From NCBI RefSeq assembly GCF_032191835.1, contig NC_083229.1:111910001-111974000 (forward strand): 64,000 nucleotides of DNA, read 5' to 3'. The notes under the pieces were generated by a model. It worked only from the letters and a program-made list of their open reading frames with translations, was not told the origin of the DNA and ran no database searches. The DNA is from Heteronotia binoei (Eukaryota). A program made the translations under genes and the position numbers. This document shows, in pieces, positions 11,151 through 23,020 of this stretch (position 1 is the stretch's first letter; each line of letters starts with the position of its first letter).

Positions 11151-13200
11151 AACTATACGGTGATTAACAGACATTCTCACATTTTGACATGTTACTGTTT
11201 TATTGGTTTATCACGCTCATGCTACCCAGATCAAAGGTATATTCAATTTGTTAATTTTACTATTCTGTCATTGGACTTTAAATTTGTACCATTTAGCATT
11301 CTAAACTACTGCCTACCAGCTATATGTAGCTCTGCTCACTGTACCTGATTCCTTGTCTGATGAAGTGTTAGCAACCCTTCAGGTTAGCAACCCTAAAAGC
11401 ATGGCCTTGACCAATTGATTTTAAAACTCCAGACAATTCACATGGGAACAAGTTTGCTTCAAAGATACTCCCAGGCTGAAATTGTGAACAAAAGTTGTAA
11501 GTTGTTCTCAGTTCCTCAATAAATCCAGAACGCTGTGTGAGCTGAGTGGGTACCAAGAGAGTGGCTCTGTGGATTGCACTGGCTGTTCCTTCTATCTTCT
11601 GTCCATGGCTTAGAAGAACTCCTTCAGCTAACATACCTTTACTGTTTTTACAATGTTACTGAACTGTACAGAAATAAGGTGCATGGTCTGAAATCATTGT
11701 TACATAATACTGCTTACGTTCATGTGAATGCAATCTACTTACAGAATATGTTGTGGCATTTTTAATGGTTTCAGTCTGTTGTAACCTGCTCTGAGCCTGG
11801 TTGTGGGGGAGGGCAGGATAGAAATATGATAAAAGAAATAATTTTAGTCTGTGCAGCCAATCAGATCCCTAATACTAAGTACTCAGGTCATGAGCAGAGC
11901 TTGGACTGCAGCTTACCACTCTGCACCAAGGGGCACATGCATATCCCAGGCTGAAGGTGGTGGCAGGTGTTGAGCAGACAAGGCAACTGTAAATAGACTG
12001 AAAGTGAAGCGTCTTGGGGGGGCAGCATTTCTTGGGAGGGGGGAGTCAGATGTGGGATAGCAGATCTGTCCTGTAAAAGTGCCTCGTTGCCTCAGTCTAA
12101 ACTACATTTGTATATTTGTAAAAGGAAATAATACAAAGATTCCAGAAGTCTCCAGGGTTCATTTAAAGAAAACCAAACCTGACAGCACCGCCCCAGAACT
12201 TCTTTCTGGTTGGAGAAATACTTAACGGTATAAAGTTGATTACCTGAAAGTAAACCTCATAAAACACAGTGAGTTTAACTTCTGAATAAACAAGTTTTAA
12301 GATTGTACTAAACCCTTACTTGGGAGAAAGCTCCGTAGAACACAGTGGGAATTATTTCTAAGTGAACATGCATAGGTTTGGATTGCAAGAAACTATTTGC
12401 TTTATTTAGAACCAATTAGGAGCGAAAATTCGCTTGAATTACAGCCATTGTGACTGTTTGTTAAACTGATTGGCTGCCATAGACGACATTTAGATGTGAT
12501 GATAGATAAATTGATTTCACACCATGTCTACTGTGTGGAAAATCAAAGTAACTGAGTCTCTTTTCTGGGAGCCAAAGGATATATTGTTGAAAGCATTAGA
12601 GAACTTCCCAGGCGAAAACAGGATCAAAAACCTAAAACCAGTGCCAGGTGCCAAATTAGGCGTGGAGGACTCCTGTTATTGTTTTCATTGCAGCAATGGT
12701 TGAATGAACAAATCAGAAGGTAAGAAAAATATTAAAAAGTCTAATGGGAATTTTAGTGTTGTAAAAATTAACTGGCAATTGGTTTATCCAATGCAATACT
12801 CTAGCATTAAGATTTTGATAAGAAATGGGACTGAATCAGCAGCTTTTCGCATTGGGACAAAAACAAGATTGCTTTCTTTTCTGTATCTGAGCAAGATAAG
12901 ACTTCCCAGGAAACATGCCTTCTTAAAGCCTTATCTTACCTTGCAGTCACTGATTATTAGATAATTTCATTTAGTGGATACCATGGTACTTCAAGATTTG
13001 CAGGGTTTCATGGAGTCAGTATTGCTGCTGATTTCTCACCTATCATCCATCTTATTAAACAAAACATTCATTGACCAGAATTGGGACAGACTTATAACAT
13101 GCAAATTCTGTTTATCTTGAGGCACAGAGAAGAATCAAAGTTTTTGCACAGTTTCTTTGGGCCTGCTTACTACTTACACCCTTGAGTCTTCTTTTAGTTC

Positions 13201-13408
13201 TAGGGTTGCCAGTTCCAGGTTGGGAAATAACTGGAGATTTTGAGGATGGAGCCTGAGGAGGACAGGGTTTGGATCTGAATGGGATATAAAGCCATAAAAT
13301 CCACCTTCCAAAGTGATCATTTTATTCAGGTGAAATGATCTCTCTTAGCTGGAGATCAGTTATAATTCTAGGAAATCTCCAGCTACCTCCTGGAGACTGG
13401 CAACCCTA
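13201..13408. mobile_element. MITE with TAGGGTTGCC/GGCAACCCTA termini
   Basis: Terminal inverted repeats visible; related copies at about 13880-14090 and 16849-17255. Confidence 0.65.
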
Positions 13409-13472
13409 CTTCCTAGTCTAACAGTGGTGTACTAAGCAGAGTTATATCTTAGCAGTCCATGGGCTTAGCCAC

Positions 13473-13640
13473 CAGGGCTTTTTTTTTGCATATTAGAACA
13501 CACACTCCTGATGTAGCCAATCCTCCAAGAGCTTACAGGGCTCTTAGTACAGGGTCTACTGTAAGCTCTTGGAGGATTGGTTACATCACGGGGTATGGCC
13601 TAATATGCCAAGGAGTTCCTGCTACAAGAAAAAAGCCCTG
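13473..13640. mobile_element. Fold-back MITE, family A
   Basis: CAGGGCTTTT...AAAAGCCCTG; arms homologous to 1475-1659. Confidence 0.75.
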
Positions 13641-14910
13641 GGTATAACTCTGTTTAAGATTGCACAGTAATGCACCAGAGCAGACTGACCCATTCTTGGG
13701 AATGTTCTTGATGTGAGCTGAGCCAAGAGACCTCTGATGAAACAGCAGGGCCACAGAATCCGCTTGGCTTGGACCCAGGCTGCAGCAATGATGATACCAG
13801 AGAATCTACATCTTCATGGCTGTTTAATGTCCCAGTCCACCCCTGGACATTTCTGTATAGGAAATTCATGAGGACAATTGGGTTGCCAGCTCTGGGTTGG
13901 GAAATACCTGGAGATTTTGGGCACGTAGCCTCAGGAAGGCGGGGTTTGGGCAGGGGACAGACTTCACTGGGGTACAGTGCCATAGATTCTACCCTCCAAA
14001 GTGTCCATTTGCTTTAGGTGAACTGATCTCTGTTGCCTGGAGATCAGCTGTAATCCCAGGTCTCTAGCCACCACCTGGAGATTGGCACATGCTTTTTCTT
14101 TTCTTTAAGGAAGCAGTAGCTAATCACAGCTTCGCTTACGTGTGCAGGTAAGTAAAATAAAAGTTTGCACCCCTTGGTTACTTCTGTGACATTTAAAATT
14201 ACTCCCTCCCCTTTCCTTTTGACTTGTATCAGCAGTATGTCAGAGCTTCTAAGGGATTTTAGAACGCTTAATTAAGCCACAGTATTGCAATAATTACTGG
14301 TGTGTGGTTTTTTTACTGTGCAGAAAGTACTGGCCGTTACCGTTTTAGAAGAGGAGGCATTAACAGTACAACTTTCAAGAGTGGCATTCAGAGTCAACAG
14401 ATATTGAAAATAATATTGATAAATGAAATGTACACATTCATAAGACCATAAGAAGAGCCTTGATGGATCAGACTGATGGTCCATCTAGTCCAGCATCCTG
14501 TTTCACATAGTGGCCAATCAGTTTTTATGGATGGCCAACAACAGGGCATAGAGGCCAAGGCCTTCCCCCGATGTTGCCTCCTGGCTCTGGGATTCAGAGG
14601 CTTACTGCCTTTGAATGTGGAGGGTCCCTTCAGTCACCATGGCCAGTAGCCATTGATAGACTGATCCTCCATGAATATATCAAATCTTCTTTTAAAGCTG
14701 TTTATGCCTTTGGCAGCAAATTCCACATTTTAATCACTATATCCTCTGGCAGTGAATTCCACATTTTAAGCATATTCTAATCATGTTTGTACATGTCTGT
14801 GTTACCCTTTGTGGATCGCACTGTGAGACCCGTCAGTCTGTCTGTTCCTCTATCAATCATGCTATTAACTTCTTATATTTTGGTACCTGTTCTTAAGTTT
14901 CACAGGTAAA

Positions 14911-14925
14911 AGGTCAGCTTGACCT
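14911..14925. promoter_or_regulatory. Perfect consensus estrogen response element AGGTCA-gct-TGACCT
   Basis: Exact 15-bp IR3 palindrome, outside any repeat I recognise. The motif is certain; function is untested. Confidence 0.55.
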
Positions 14926-16938
14926 TAAAAGTTCCTTCTTGTTTATGAGGAAGATTGAGCATTTCCCAAAGCGATGGGATGAACAACACATACTGATCAG
15001 TTAGCACTTCGTTTTGTTCTTCAGACACAACAGCCGCAGCGTGTTTTGCTCTTCCTGTGAACCAGGGAACTAAATGAAAGGTAGCAGGGCAGGAGCTAAA
15101 AGAGCCATGAAGAGCAATGCTGTTTGCATTTCTGCAAAAGGAACCGAAAACAACAACACCCCAAGGCACCTGCTCCCTTACTCAATTTACGTGATCATAT
15201 TTCTGTCTTATCCTTCCTCCACGGAGCTCATGTTCTTCCATTTTATTCTCACAACACCCATGGGAAGTAGATGAGGCTGCAAAGAGGTGACTGGCATAAG
15301 TCAGTTTCTCAGCAGGATAAAAGTTGAGTCTCGTCCTAGGCCATCGCTTCAACCGTACTGGCTGTCTGCACTGCAAAGTATCTTGTGTATGTGGGCTAAT
15401 GATGCTTTTACCTGTGTTCCTGCCTGGGTCATTGGAGATTTTAGGTCGGAGCTTGGGGACTCGGGAACAATGGGCAGTGGGATCCAAATCCCTGCTGCCC
15501 TGCTCCAATCACGGGCCCCTTGCTGGTTTGAAGGATCCAATGGTTTCTAGCATGAGAACCTTGAACTGTATATAGTTGGCCCCATTGGCGCAGTAAAGGA
15601 GTCTAGTTCAGCCGTTATCATGCTGTAACTAATAAAGAGAGCTATGATCGCTGCAACCGCGTCTCCTCCTTGCATTGAACCCACTTTATTATAGTATCCC
15701 GTATCATTTCAAGATTATTCTGATCCTTGATTATTAGAACTGTTTCCTTTCAGTCAGTCTTTCCCTACACCAGAGGTCCCCATCTTCTTTGAGTCTGCGG
15801 GCACCTTTAAAATTCTAACACAGTGTGATGGGACCAGCCACAAAATGGCTGCAGCAGTAGGCTGAGCCAGCAACAAAATGGTTGCCACAGCTTACCTTCA
15901 GTTCACACAATGCAGGTCTTTGTGCTCTGATGGCAGCTACTGCCAAAGCAACACCTTTAAAATCTGTAGAGGCAATCTAATCTCCAATAGTCAATCCTAA
16001 ACATTGCTGGGCAATGCCGCCCCCGCCGCCCTGCTTTCTAAAGACACTTGGCAAACACCAAGAAAAGTGCTTGTGGGTGCTATGGCACCCACAGCGACCA
16101 TGTGGGGAGTGGGGGGCGCTGTCCTATGCTGTTTGTAGACTTTTGGTTAGTGGTCAGTCCTTAGATGAAATTTTCTGTTTATTTATTTATGTTATTTGCA
16201 TCCTGGCTTTCCTGCCAATGGGGACCCAAGGCAGCTTACATCATTCTCTTTGCCTGCATTTTCACCTCACAACAACCCTGTGAGATAGGTTAAGCTGAGA
16301 TCCTAGCACCGATTGACCCACCTGCCTAGTCGATTGGCTAGCATTTCCAAGACTGTCTTCAGCCGGGGAGAGGCCTTTCTGACTGTCCCATCAATCAAGC
16401 TTGTTTGGTGGGTATAGGGGAGCAGGCCTTTTCGGTGGCAGCCCCATGATTGTGGAACAACCTCCCCAGGGAGGCACACCTGGTCCCTTCACTTTTGATC
16501 TTTAGGAGGCAGCTGATGGTTTGATCAAAAATGTCACTTGGTTAAGTTTGCTAATGGTCCTGAATTGTGAGTTTAAATTTTGCTTTTATGTTGTTTAATG
16601 TATTCTATTTTATGTATTTTGTTAGTGTTGTAAGCTGCCTTGAGCTCTGTACAGAAGAAAGGCAGCTAATACATGCAACCCTGATACTGCAGGATTACTA
16701 CCATTTACCCAAACAAAACAAACTTTGGGGTCCTAAGAAAACTGATGTGTTTGTTGCCAGTTCCACTATTATTACAACTCATTCAATAACTGAGGCATTT
16801 CTAGCATGATTTTTTGCAACAAAGAATAAAGCAGAAATTATTGTGAACTAGGGTTGCCAGGTCAGGGGTAGAAAATACCTGGAGACTTTGGGGGTGGATC
16901 TGGAAGAGGGTGGGGTTTGAGGAGGGGAGGGCCCTCAG

Positions 16939-17119
16939 CAGGGGTAGAATTCTAGCAGAAGCTCCTTTGCATATTAAGCCACACACCCCTGACGTAGCCA
17001 ATCCTCCAAGAGCTTACAGGGCTCTTCTTACAGGGCCTACTGTAAGCTCCAGGAGGATTGGCTACATCACAGAAGTGTGGTCAAATATGCAAAGGAGCTC
17101 CTGCTAGAATTCCACCCTG
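16939..17119. mobile_element. Fold-back MITE, family A, nested in a TAGGGTTGCC MITE (16849-17255)
   Basis: TSD gccctcag/ggcctcag; the host element continues on both sides. Confidence 0.8.
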
Positions 17120-17365
17120 GGCCTCAGCATGGTACAATGCCGTATAGTCCACCCTTCAAAGCAGCCATTTCCTCCAGGGGAGCTGATGTCTGCCAGCTGG
17201 AGATCCATTGTAAAATCAGGAAATCACCAGGCCCCAGCTGGAGGCTGGCAACACTATAACATAACTCCTTCAGTGGGGTCACTCGCAAACCCCCAAAACC
17301 TTATACCCATCAAGCATAAAACAGAGAGATATGGATGGGTAAAGGATCCCACACAGTCATGTGAA

Positions 17366-17620
17366 GATGAAGAAGATATTGGATTTATATCCCACCCTCC
17401 ACTCCGAAGAGTCTCAGAGCGGCTCACAATCTCCTTTACCTTCCTCCCCCACAACAGACACCCTGTGAGGTGGGTGGGGCTGGAGAGGGCTCACACAGCA
17501 GCTGCCCTTTCAAGGACAACCTCTGCCAGAGCTATGGCTGACCCAAGGCCATTCCAGCAGCTGCAAGTGGAGGAGTGGGGAATCAAACCCACACACTTAA
17601 CCACTACACCAAACTGGCTC
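17366..17620 (-). mobile_element. Squam3-like SINE
   Basis: Reverse-complement match to 10876-11150. Confidence 0.72.
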
Positions 17621-18619
17621 TCCAAGGGAGAGGTCAGGCACCACAGGGTCCTTTATCCCCCCACGGTGGTCCACTCCCTTCACCCTCCCCCAGGCCCAGT
17701 CATAGGGAAAGAAAGGGCCAGGGTTTTCCTGCTGCTGCTGCCACCCGCCCTCTGAGCTGTCTATGTACAGACTGCCCCACCTTGAAGGATGGGCATTTGT
17801 TACCCTGCTGGCTCTGCCCATTGTGCAGGACCACAAACTAGGCCTGCAGTGAGCCAAAACTCCCTTTCCCATTGCCTTCCTCTGCAAAGTCTTCCTTGGT
17901 GCTCTTCCATTTAAATACTGACTCTGCTTAACTATTGAGATCTGACAAGGCTTTAATAATAGCATTCCCTGTCCCCGGTCATCTGTGTGAGTGGATAAAC
18001 AATCTAGACAACATTATAAACCCTTGGATTATAGACTGGTTGTATACATTAACAGTGTCCCTTAACAGTGACCCTTTTAAGCCCGCTCTTCTAAGTTGCA
18101 CCTTTCTAAGTCCAGTTCTTAGGACAACACTGAAAGACAATTAGATTCTGAAGAGGGGTTTTTTTAATTTGCTGTTGCTGGTGTATTGCTAAATATCTAC
18201 TGAAAGGCAGAATAAATAAGTAAAATGTTGCTACTCTTCTTGTGCATAGTGGCCTCATGTCATTAATAGATTTTATTTTCAAAAAGGAAACAAACAATTA
18301 AAACATAGGGTTTTTTTAAGGTGAGAAATATACATTTCTGCACCACATAAAAAATTGAGACATTATAAATGAGCATAGAATGTCAGGCTGTACGACTTGG
18401 GCTCTGCTATCCTTGAGCCCTAATTCTTTTCCTCTGCACATTGGAGTTGTGGCACTGAACATGGGGAGAGAGCTATATAAATGCTTAATAAGAATTTGGT
18501 TCCATGTTGTAATTAGTGAGCTGAAACACATTTGAAGAAAAGGATATAACAGCAGTTCCAGCTGAAAGAGTGGGGGACCCTAGAAGACCAGCGTAGCTGT
18601 ATCGGAACAGAACTGTAAG

Positions 18620-18933
18620 CAGGGCGAAATTAACAATTCGGCCAAGTAGGCACTGGTCTATGGGCCCCACACCTTTAGGATGGCTTTCCTCTCTAGTTTC
18701 CCCCCCTGCTTGCAGCCCTTCCAGCCTGCACGCGCAGCCAGCAACTGAACTGCTCTTTGTTCAACTTGCTGGTCACCAGGTTTGCCTCCCTCTGCCTCTC
18801 CCCCACAGTTTTGTCAAGGGGGCTTTTGGGGAAAGTGCCTGCAGGTTGCAGCGCTCCAACTCTGAGATAATTGCAAGGGGGCTCCCAAGATTTTGACTGC
18901 CCAGGGGCCTCCACAGGGTTTAATTTGGCACTG
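18620..18933. mobile_element. hAT-type MITE, family D
   Basis: CAGGGCGAAATTAA...TTAATTTGGCACTG with perfect TSD ACTGTAAG; an oppositely oriented relative lies at 54533-54899. Confidence 0.8.
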
Positions 18934-19864
18934 ACTGTAAGCATACATGAAATGTCAGATTGTATAAGGTTTCTTCTGCTCATAGTAGCCAAGTTACAGT
19001 CTCCATATTTTGGTGACCAATTTGTAGGCCCCTCAACTTTTCTCTTAATATGAGAAGGCTTCAAAGTACTAGTATCTATATAAATGCCAAAAGAAGTAAC
19101 ATTATTACATGTTAGAAATAGATATTACTTAGCAACCAATTTTACTTTCTTTGTATATAAGAGGCTATCTTTCTGTCTCTTTTCCGCAGTTAGATACACA
19201 TCTTTCAATAGCAGCATTGGCCAGAAAGAATTACCACAGTGAAATGCACTCCTCCAGAAATCAACATATTTCCTATGAAAACTATAATGAAGTGCAGAAC
19301 TCAATAAAATAAATCCATGTTTATTACAATACATACTATGCTGGTTTTCTTGTTCTGTATTTAAAATAGTCAGAACTGCTAAGAGTAGTTGTCAAGTTTC
19401 TGAACCTATGCTGTTCACATTTTGAAAACATTTTCTGATAGCTGAGAGTGAGAATATGCTAATGTAATGACAAAATACCCAATGTGTTTAGGAATTTACC
19501 CTGTGTGCAAAATCCATTAAATAAAAGTTCACTGTGCTCTCATGCATGTCAGTGGAAGATGTACCAGTGATGTTTCCCATAGTCCGGGAAGCCAATATGA
19601 AACTGTAGAATATCAGCTACTAAAAGGCTTAGGATAAACTACAATTACTACCAAGAGTGTCTTTAATCTATATAATTCTTGCAGACATTGTATAATGAAT
19701 TTTTAAAAATTTGATCCACATTTTTTTTGTTTTATCATGCCCTTGTCTAGGCAGGGTTTTTACATAAGTGTTTGCTATATATTCAGATTGAATAAATTGA
19801 CAAAGCCATATCCCCAAAGTCAACAAATTTTCATTAAAATTCCATACATCTTATTAAGAAAAAG

Positions 19865-20002
19865 ACTGTAGATTTATACCCTGCCCTTCTCTCTGAATCA
19901 GAGTCTCGCAATCTCCTTTATCTTCTTTCCCCACAACAGGCACCCTGTGAGGTAGGTGGGGCTGAGAGAGCTCTCACAGAAGCTGCCCTTTCAAGGACAA
20001 CC
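19865..20002 (-). mobile_element. Squam3-like SINE 3' half just downstream of the GCM2 stop
   Basis: gatttataccctgcccttct...caccctgtgaggtaggtggggctgagagagctc. Confidence 0.7.
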
Positions 20003-20083
20003 TATTAGTAATTATTAGTATTATTAGTAAATGGTCCTTGTATACATATGTGCTAGCTGTTTACTGAGTACCACATTTGGGGT

Positions 20084-20959
20084 TTAGTATTCAGTATTCT
20101 CAAATCTGAATGTTTGCCCTTCATATCCAGTATAATTTCTTTCTGTGCCTGGACCACCTTGATAAGTTTCCACTGACTCTACATGTTCTGCCTTATTGGT
20201 GGTCAGAAATTGTTCACTAAGCAAACCTGGTTTGACCATTTCCCAGTCTTCTTGGATTTTTATCTCAGGGGAAACATTTCTAGAAATATTCTCTGCAAGA
20301 GGACAGCTCAAAAGATCTTTCGCTTCATAAAAATTGTCACCGCATTTCACCACTGATGATTTATAGGCTTCATAAGACATCTTAGTTGTTGCGGTTATAA
20401 CAGTCTGCAAAGCTGGAAATTCCAGAGTATCATAGCTGCAAGGATACTCTCCACTATTGTGAAGGTGATCGGCGTCAGGTTGATTCAATCCATGGCCTGC
20501 ACATTCTCCATCGTTAGTTTCCTCTAAGGACTGTTTCAGTACATGATGTTTATGGATTTCATCGATGTTCTTTTCATGAGGACTTATTGAATTTACACAA
20601 TACGGGAGTCCATTCAGCACAACATGATCATTGTCCACTGGGATATCCATTGGGTCTTTTTGAAATGTTGAATACAAACCGGATCCAATATAATCGGGCA
20701 TTCCACATTCATAGCCGCAACTTGGCATAGGTGTATAGATTGTAGGGCTTGGGTACTTCTGAAGCGGCAGATCTGTATCTCCAGGAACCCTGGCTGTATC
20801 ATAAGTAACTCTGTAAGAGTCTATGTTTTGAAATGTATGAGGAGGCTGGATTGGGCGTGGTAAACTTGTATCTGGAATTATGCTGATTTTTTCTGCTCCT
20901 TCACGTGCCAGATGATGAATGTAGTGAAAGTATTCACCATTCTCATTACATGATCCTAT
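20084..20959 (-). CDS. GCM2: GCM2 last exon (876 nt including stop)
   Basis: Acceptor ttctgtctag|ATA GGA; open frame through QKYPSPTIYTPMPSCGYE and PALQTVITATTKMSYEAY to FRFENTEY*. Confidence 0.92.
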   Translation of the reverse strand: MGSCNENGEYFHYIHHLAREGAEKISIIPDTSLPRPIQPPHTFQNIDSYRVTYDTARVPGDTDLPLQKYPSPTIYTPMPSCGYECGMPDYIGSGLYSTFQKDPMDIPVDNDHVVLNGLPYCVNSISPHEKNIDEIHKHHVLKQSLEETNDGECAGHGLNQPDADHLHNSGEYPCSYDTLEFPALQTVITATTKMSYEAYKSSVVKCGDNFYEAKDLLSCPLAENISRNVSPEIKIQEDWEMVKPGLLSEQFLTTNKAEHVESVETYQGGPGTERNYTGYEGQTFRFENTEY

Positions 20960-21994
20960 CTAGACAGAATATTAATTAAAAAGATCATTGGAAGCATAGG
21001 CCACACACATACATACACAAGTAATCACAGGGTAAACAAATACGTCGGTTGGATTCAACCAGTTTTGTTCAGTTTTGAAACTTCTTTACAAATGCATGTC
21101 AGAGAATGCTGATTTATTAATTTATGTATTTTTACATTGCTTTTCTTCCCAGTGGGAACCCAAAGCAGCCTAAACAATATAAATATAGAATAAATAAACA
21201 AAGAGACAGAAAATACAATTTTCAAGAAAACGGAACAGGCAAAAAGTATGCTGGGCTGGTCTCCGATCCCCTGGGTTGGCTCACAGTCTGCAAAATATGT
21301 GCTAATAGCCAAGCTTCTGGCTATGGCAGAGCTAACATTTGACATTCTGCATTGTAGTCCCTATTCTTCCTCTACTTCTCCCTCATTCTAGCCTTACCCA
21401 ATGTAAATATGCAGATTTCAGCTTTTTCAGACTTGGGATTCACTAAGCTCCAAACACATGACAGGAAGTCACATGACAGAAAGAGGCGAAACCAGAGTTA
21501 TGATGACCTCATCAGCATCATGGCTGGCAGCCACCATTTCTAGGATGGTGACTAATTTCAGTAGTGCCAGTTCAACCCACACTAACATTTCTCTGTATAG
21601 TACTTGCCTGTGTGATTGTGTGGAGAGAAATTCAGCAGGATAAAATCATGCTCAAATCACTAAAACTATTTTGTGCTGGGCAATTTATTAAACCTCCTCC
21701 TGTTCCTCAGAGGAGCTCAGGTAGCACAAATGGTTCTCCTCTAATCTACATGTCTGACAATATTTTTGTTTCTAGCTCCTTCATGTGGCTGAGTAATGTT
21801 TCACGAGCTAGCTTGGATCACCCCTTCTTGAAATACAAAATGGTCATGTTGGAGACATACAGAAGAAGACCAGTCCAGCACCAGCAGAGAGGAAAAACAA
21901 ATACCATGTATTAAGAATCCTTTGAGCAAAAGATATTAACATGTCGAAAAATGTAAACTTGGTATCTCTGCTGTTTGGTTCTATAAGCCCCTTT

Positions 21995-22250
21995 TAGAAG
22001 AAGAGGAGACTGGATTTATACCCTGCCCTTCACTACCCAAAGGAGTCTCAGAGCAACTTACAAATCTCCTTTCCCTAAACCTCTTCACAACAGACACCCT
22101 GTGAGGTAGGTGGGGCTGAGAGAGCTCTCCCAGAACTGCTCTTGAGCAGAACAGTCTTGAGAGAACTTGGTCGCATAAGCAGGTGTATGTGGACGAGTGG
22201 GGAATCAAACCCAGTTCTCACAAATAAGAGTCTGTGCACTTAAACACTAT
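21995..22250 (-). mobile_element. Squam3-like SINE in GCM2 intron 4
   Basis: Homologous to 10876-11150 in reverse. Confidence 0.7.
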
Positions 22251-22404
22251 GCAATCTTTAGTATGATCATAGGCTGTAATGCCGCTGATTTATCTGGACA
22301 TTATGTATATAGACACACATATTTATTCATTATGTAGCAGTTTATATTCACCTTTATTTACTTCTTTTGCACCAGCATTTCTGATGACATTTCACAACAC
22401 TTAC

Positions 22405-22530
22405 CTGAAAGTCCAGAAGCCTTCTTTTCTGGGATGAGTGAGAAGGTGGTGCTTGCTTTTTCAGGGCACTTCTTCTGGCTTCCGTCTCTGATTTACTCTC
22501 TGGTCTAGGGTGGTCATGAATTCCCTTGGC
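22405..22530 (-). CDS. GCM2: GCM2 exon 4 (126 nt): [26 protein letters not shown]...DFQ
   Basis: tttttgcag|GCC...CAG|gtaagt; end of the GCM domain plus the NLS. Confidence 0.96.
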
Positions 22531-22730
22531 CTGCAAAAATATTCATACCTCAATAAGTGAGTTATTGAAAGGCAATAAACGAGGATGAATTAAGGATAAG
22601 TGCATGAGTGTAAGTCAAATTGACTTTCAATCAAAAGCTCCAGTTTGGGGAGCAAGAAAAAGTAATAAACTGGTCTTAATAACATTCAGCTGGCAGAGAG
22701 ATTTATACCCAAATCTACAAGCAGCAGAGG

Positions 22731-23020
22731 GTCCCCGTGGTGCAGAGTGGTAAAGCTGCAGTACTGCAGTCCAAGCTCTGCTCACGACCTGAGTTCAATC
22801 TCAGCGGAAGCTGGGTTCAAGTAGCCAGCTCAAGGTTGACTCAGCCTTCCATCCTTCCAAGGTTGGTGAAATGAGTACCCAGCTGGCTGGGGGTAAAGTG
22901 TAGATGACTGGAGAAGGCAATGGCAAACCACCCTGTAAAAAGTCTGCCATGAAAACGTCATGATGTGACGTCATCCCATGGGTTAGTGACAACTGGTGCT
23001 TGCACAGGGGACTACCTTTA
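22731..23020 (+). mobile_element. Sauria-type SINE in GCM2 intron 3
   Basis: Homologous to 4511-4805. Confidence 0.8.

Larger units (their letters stand above)
9880..11368. mobile_element. Penelope-like element in inverted arrangement, hosting BovB and SINE insertions
   Basis: 9963-10026 joined to 10757-10815 is the reverse complement of about 11245-11368. The terminus (rc of AATAAAACTYTGTTGGTCTTAAAGGTGC) recurs at 8533, 29135 and 52015. Family name recalled, not searched. Confidence 0.55.

Noticed and set aside
17129-17755. 208-aa ORF
   Set aside because: Chance read-through across a MITE and an antisense SINE.
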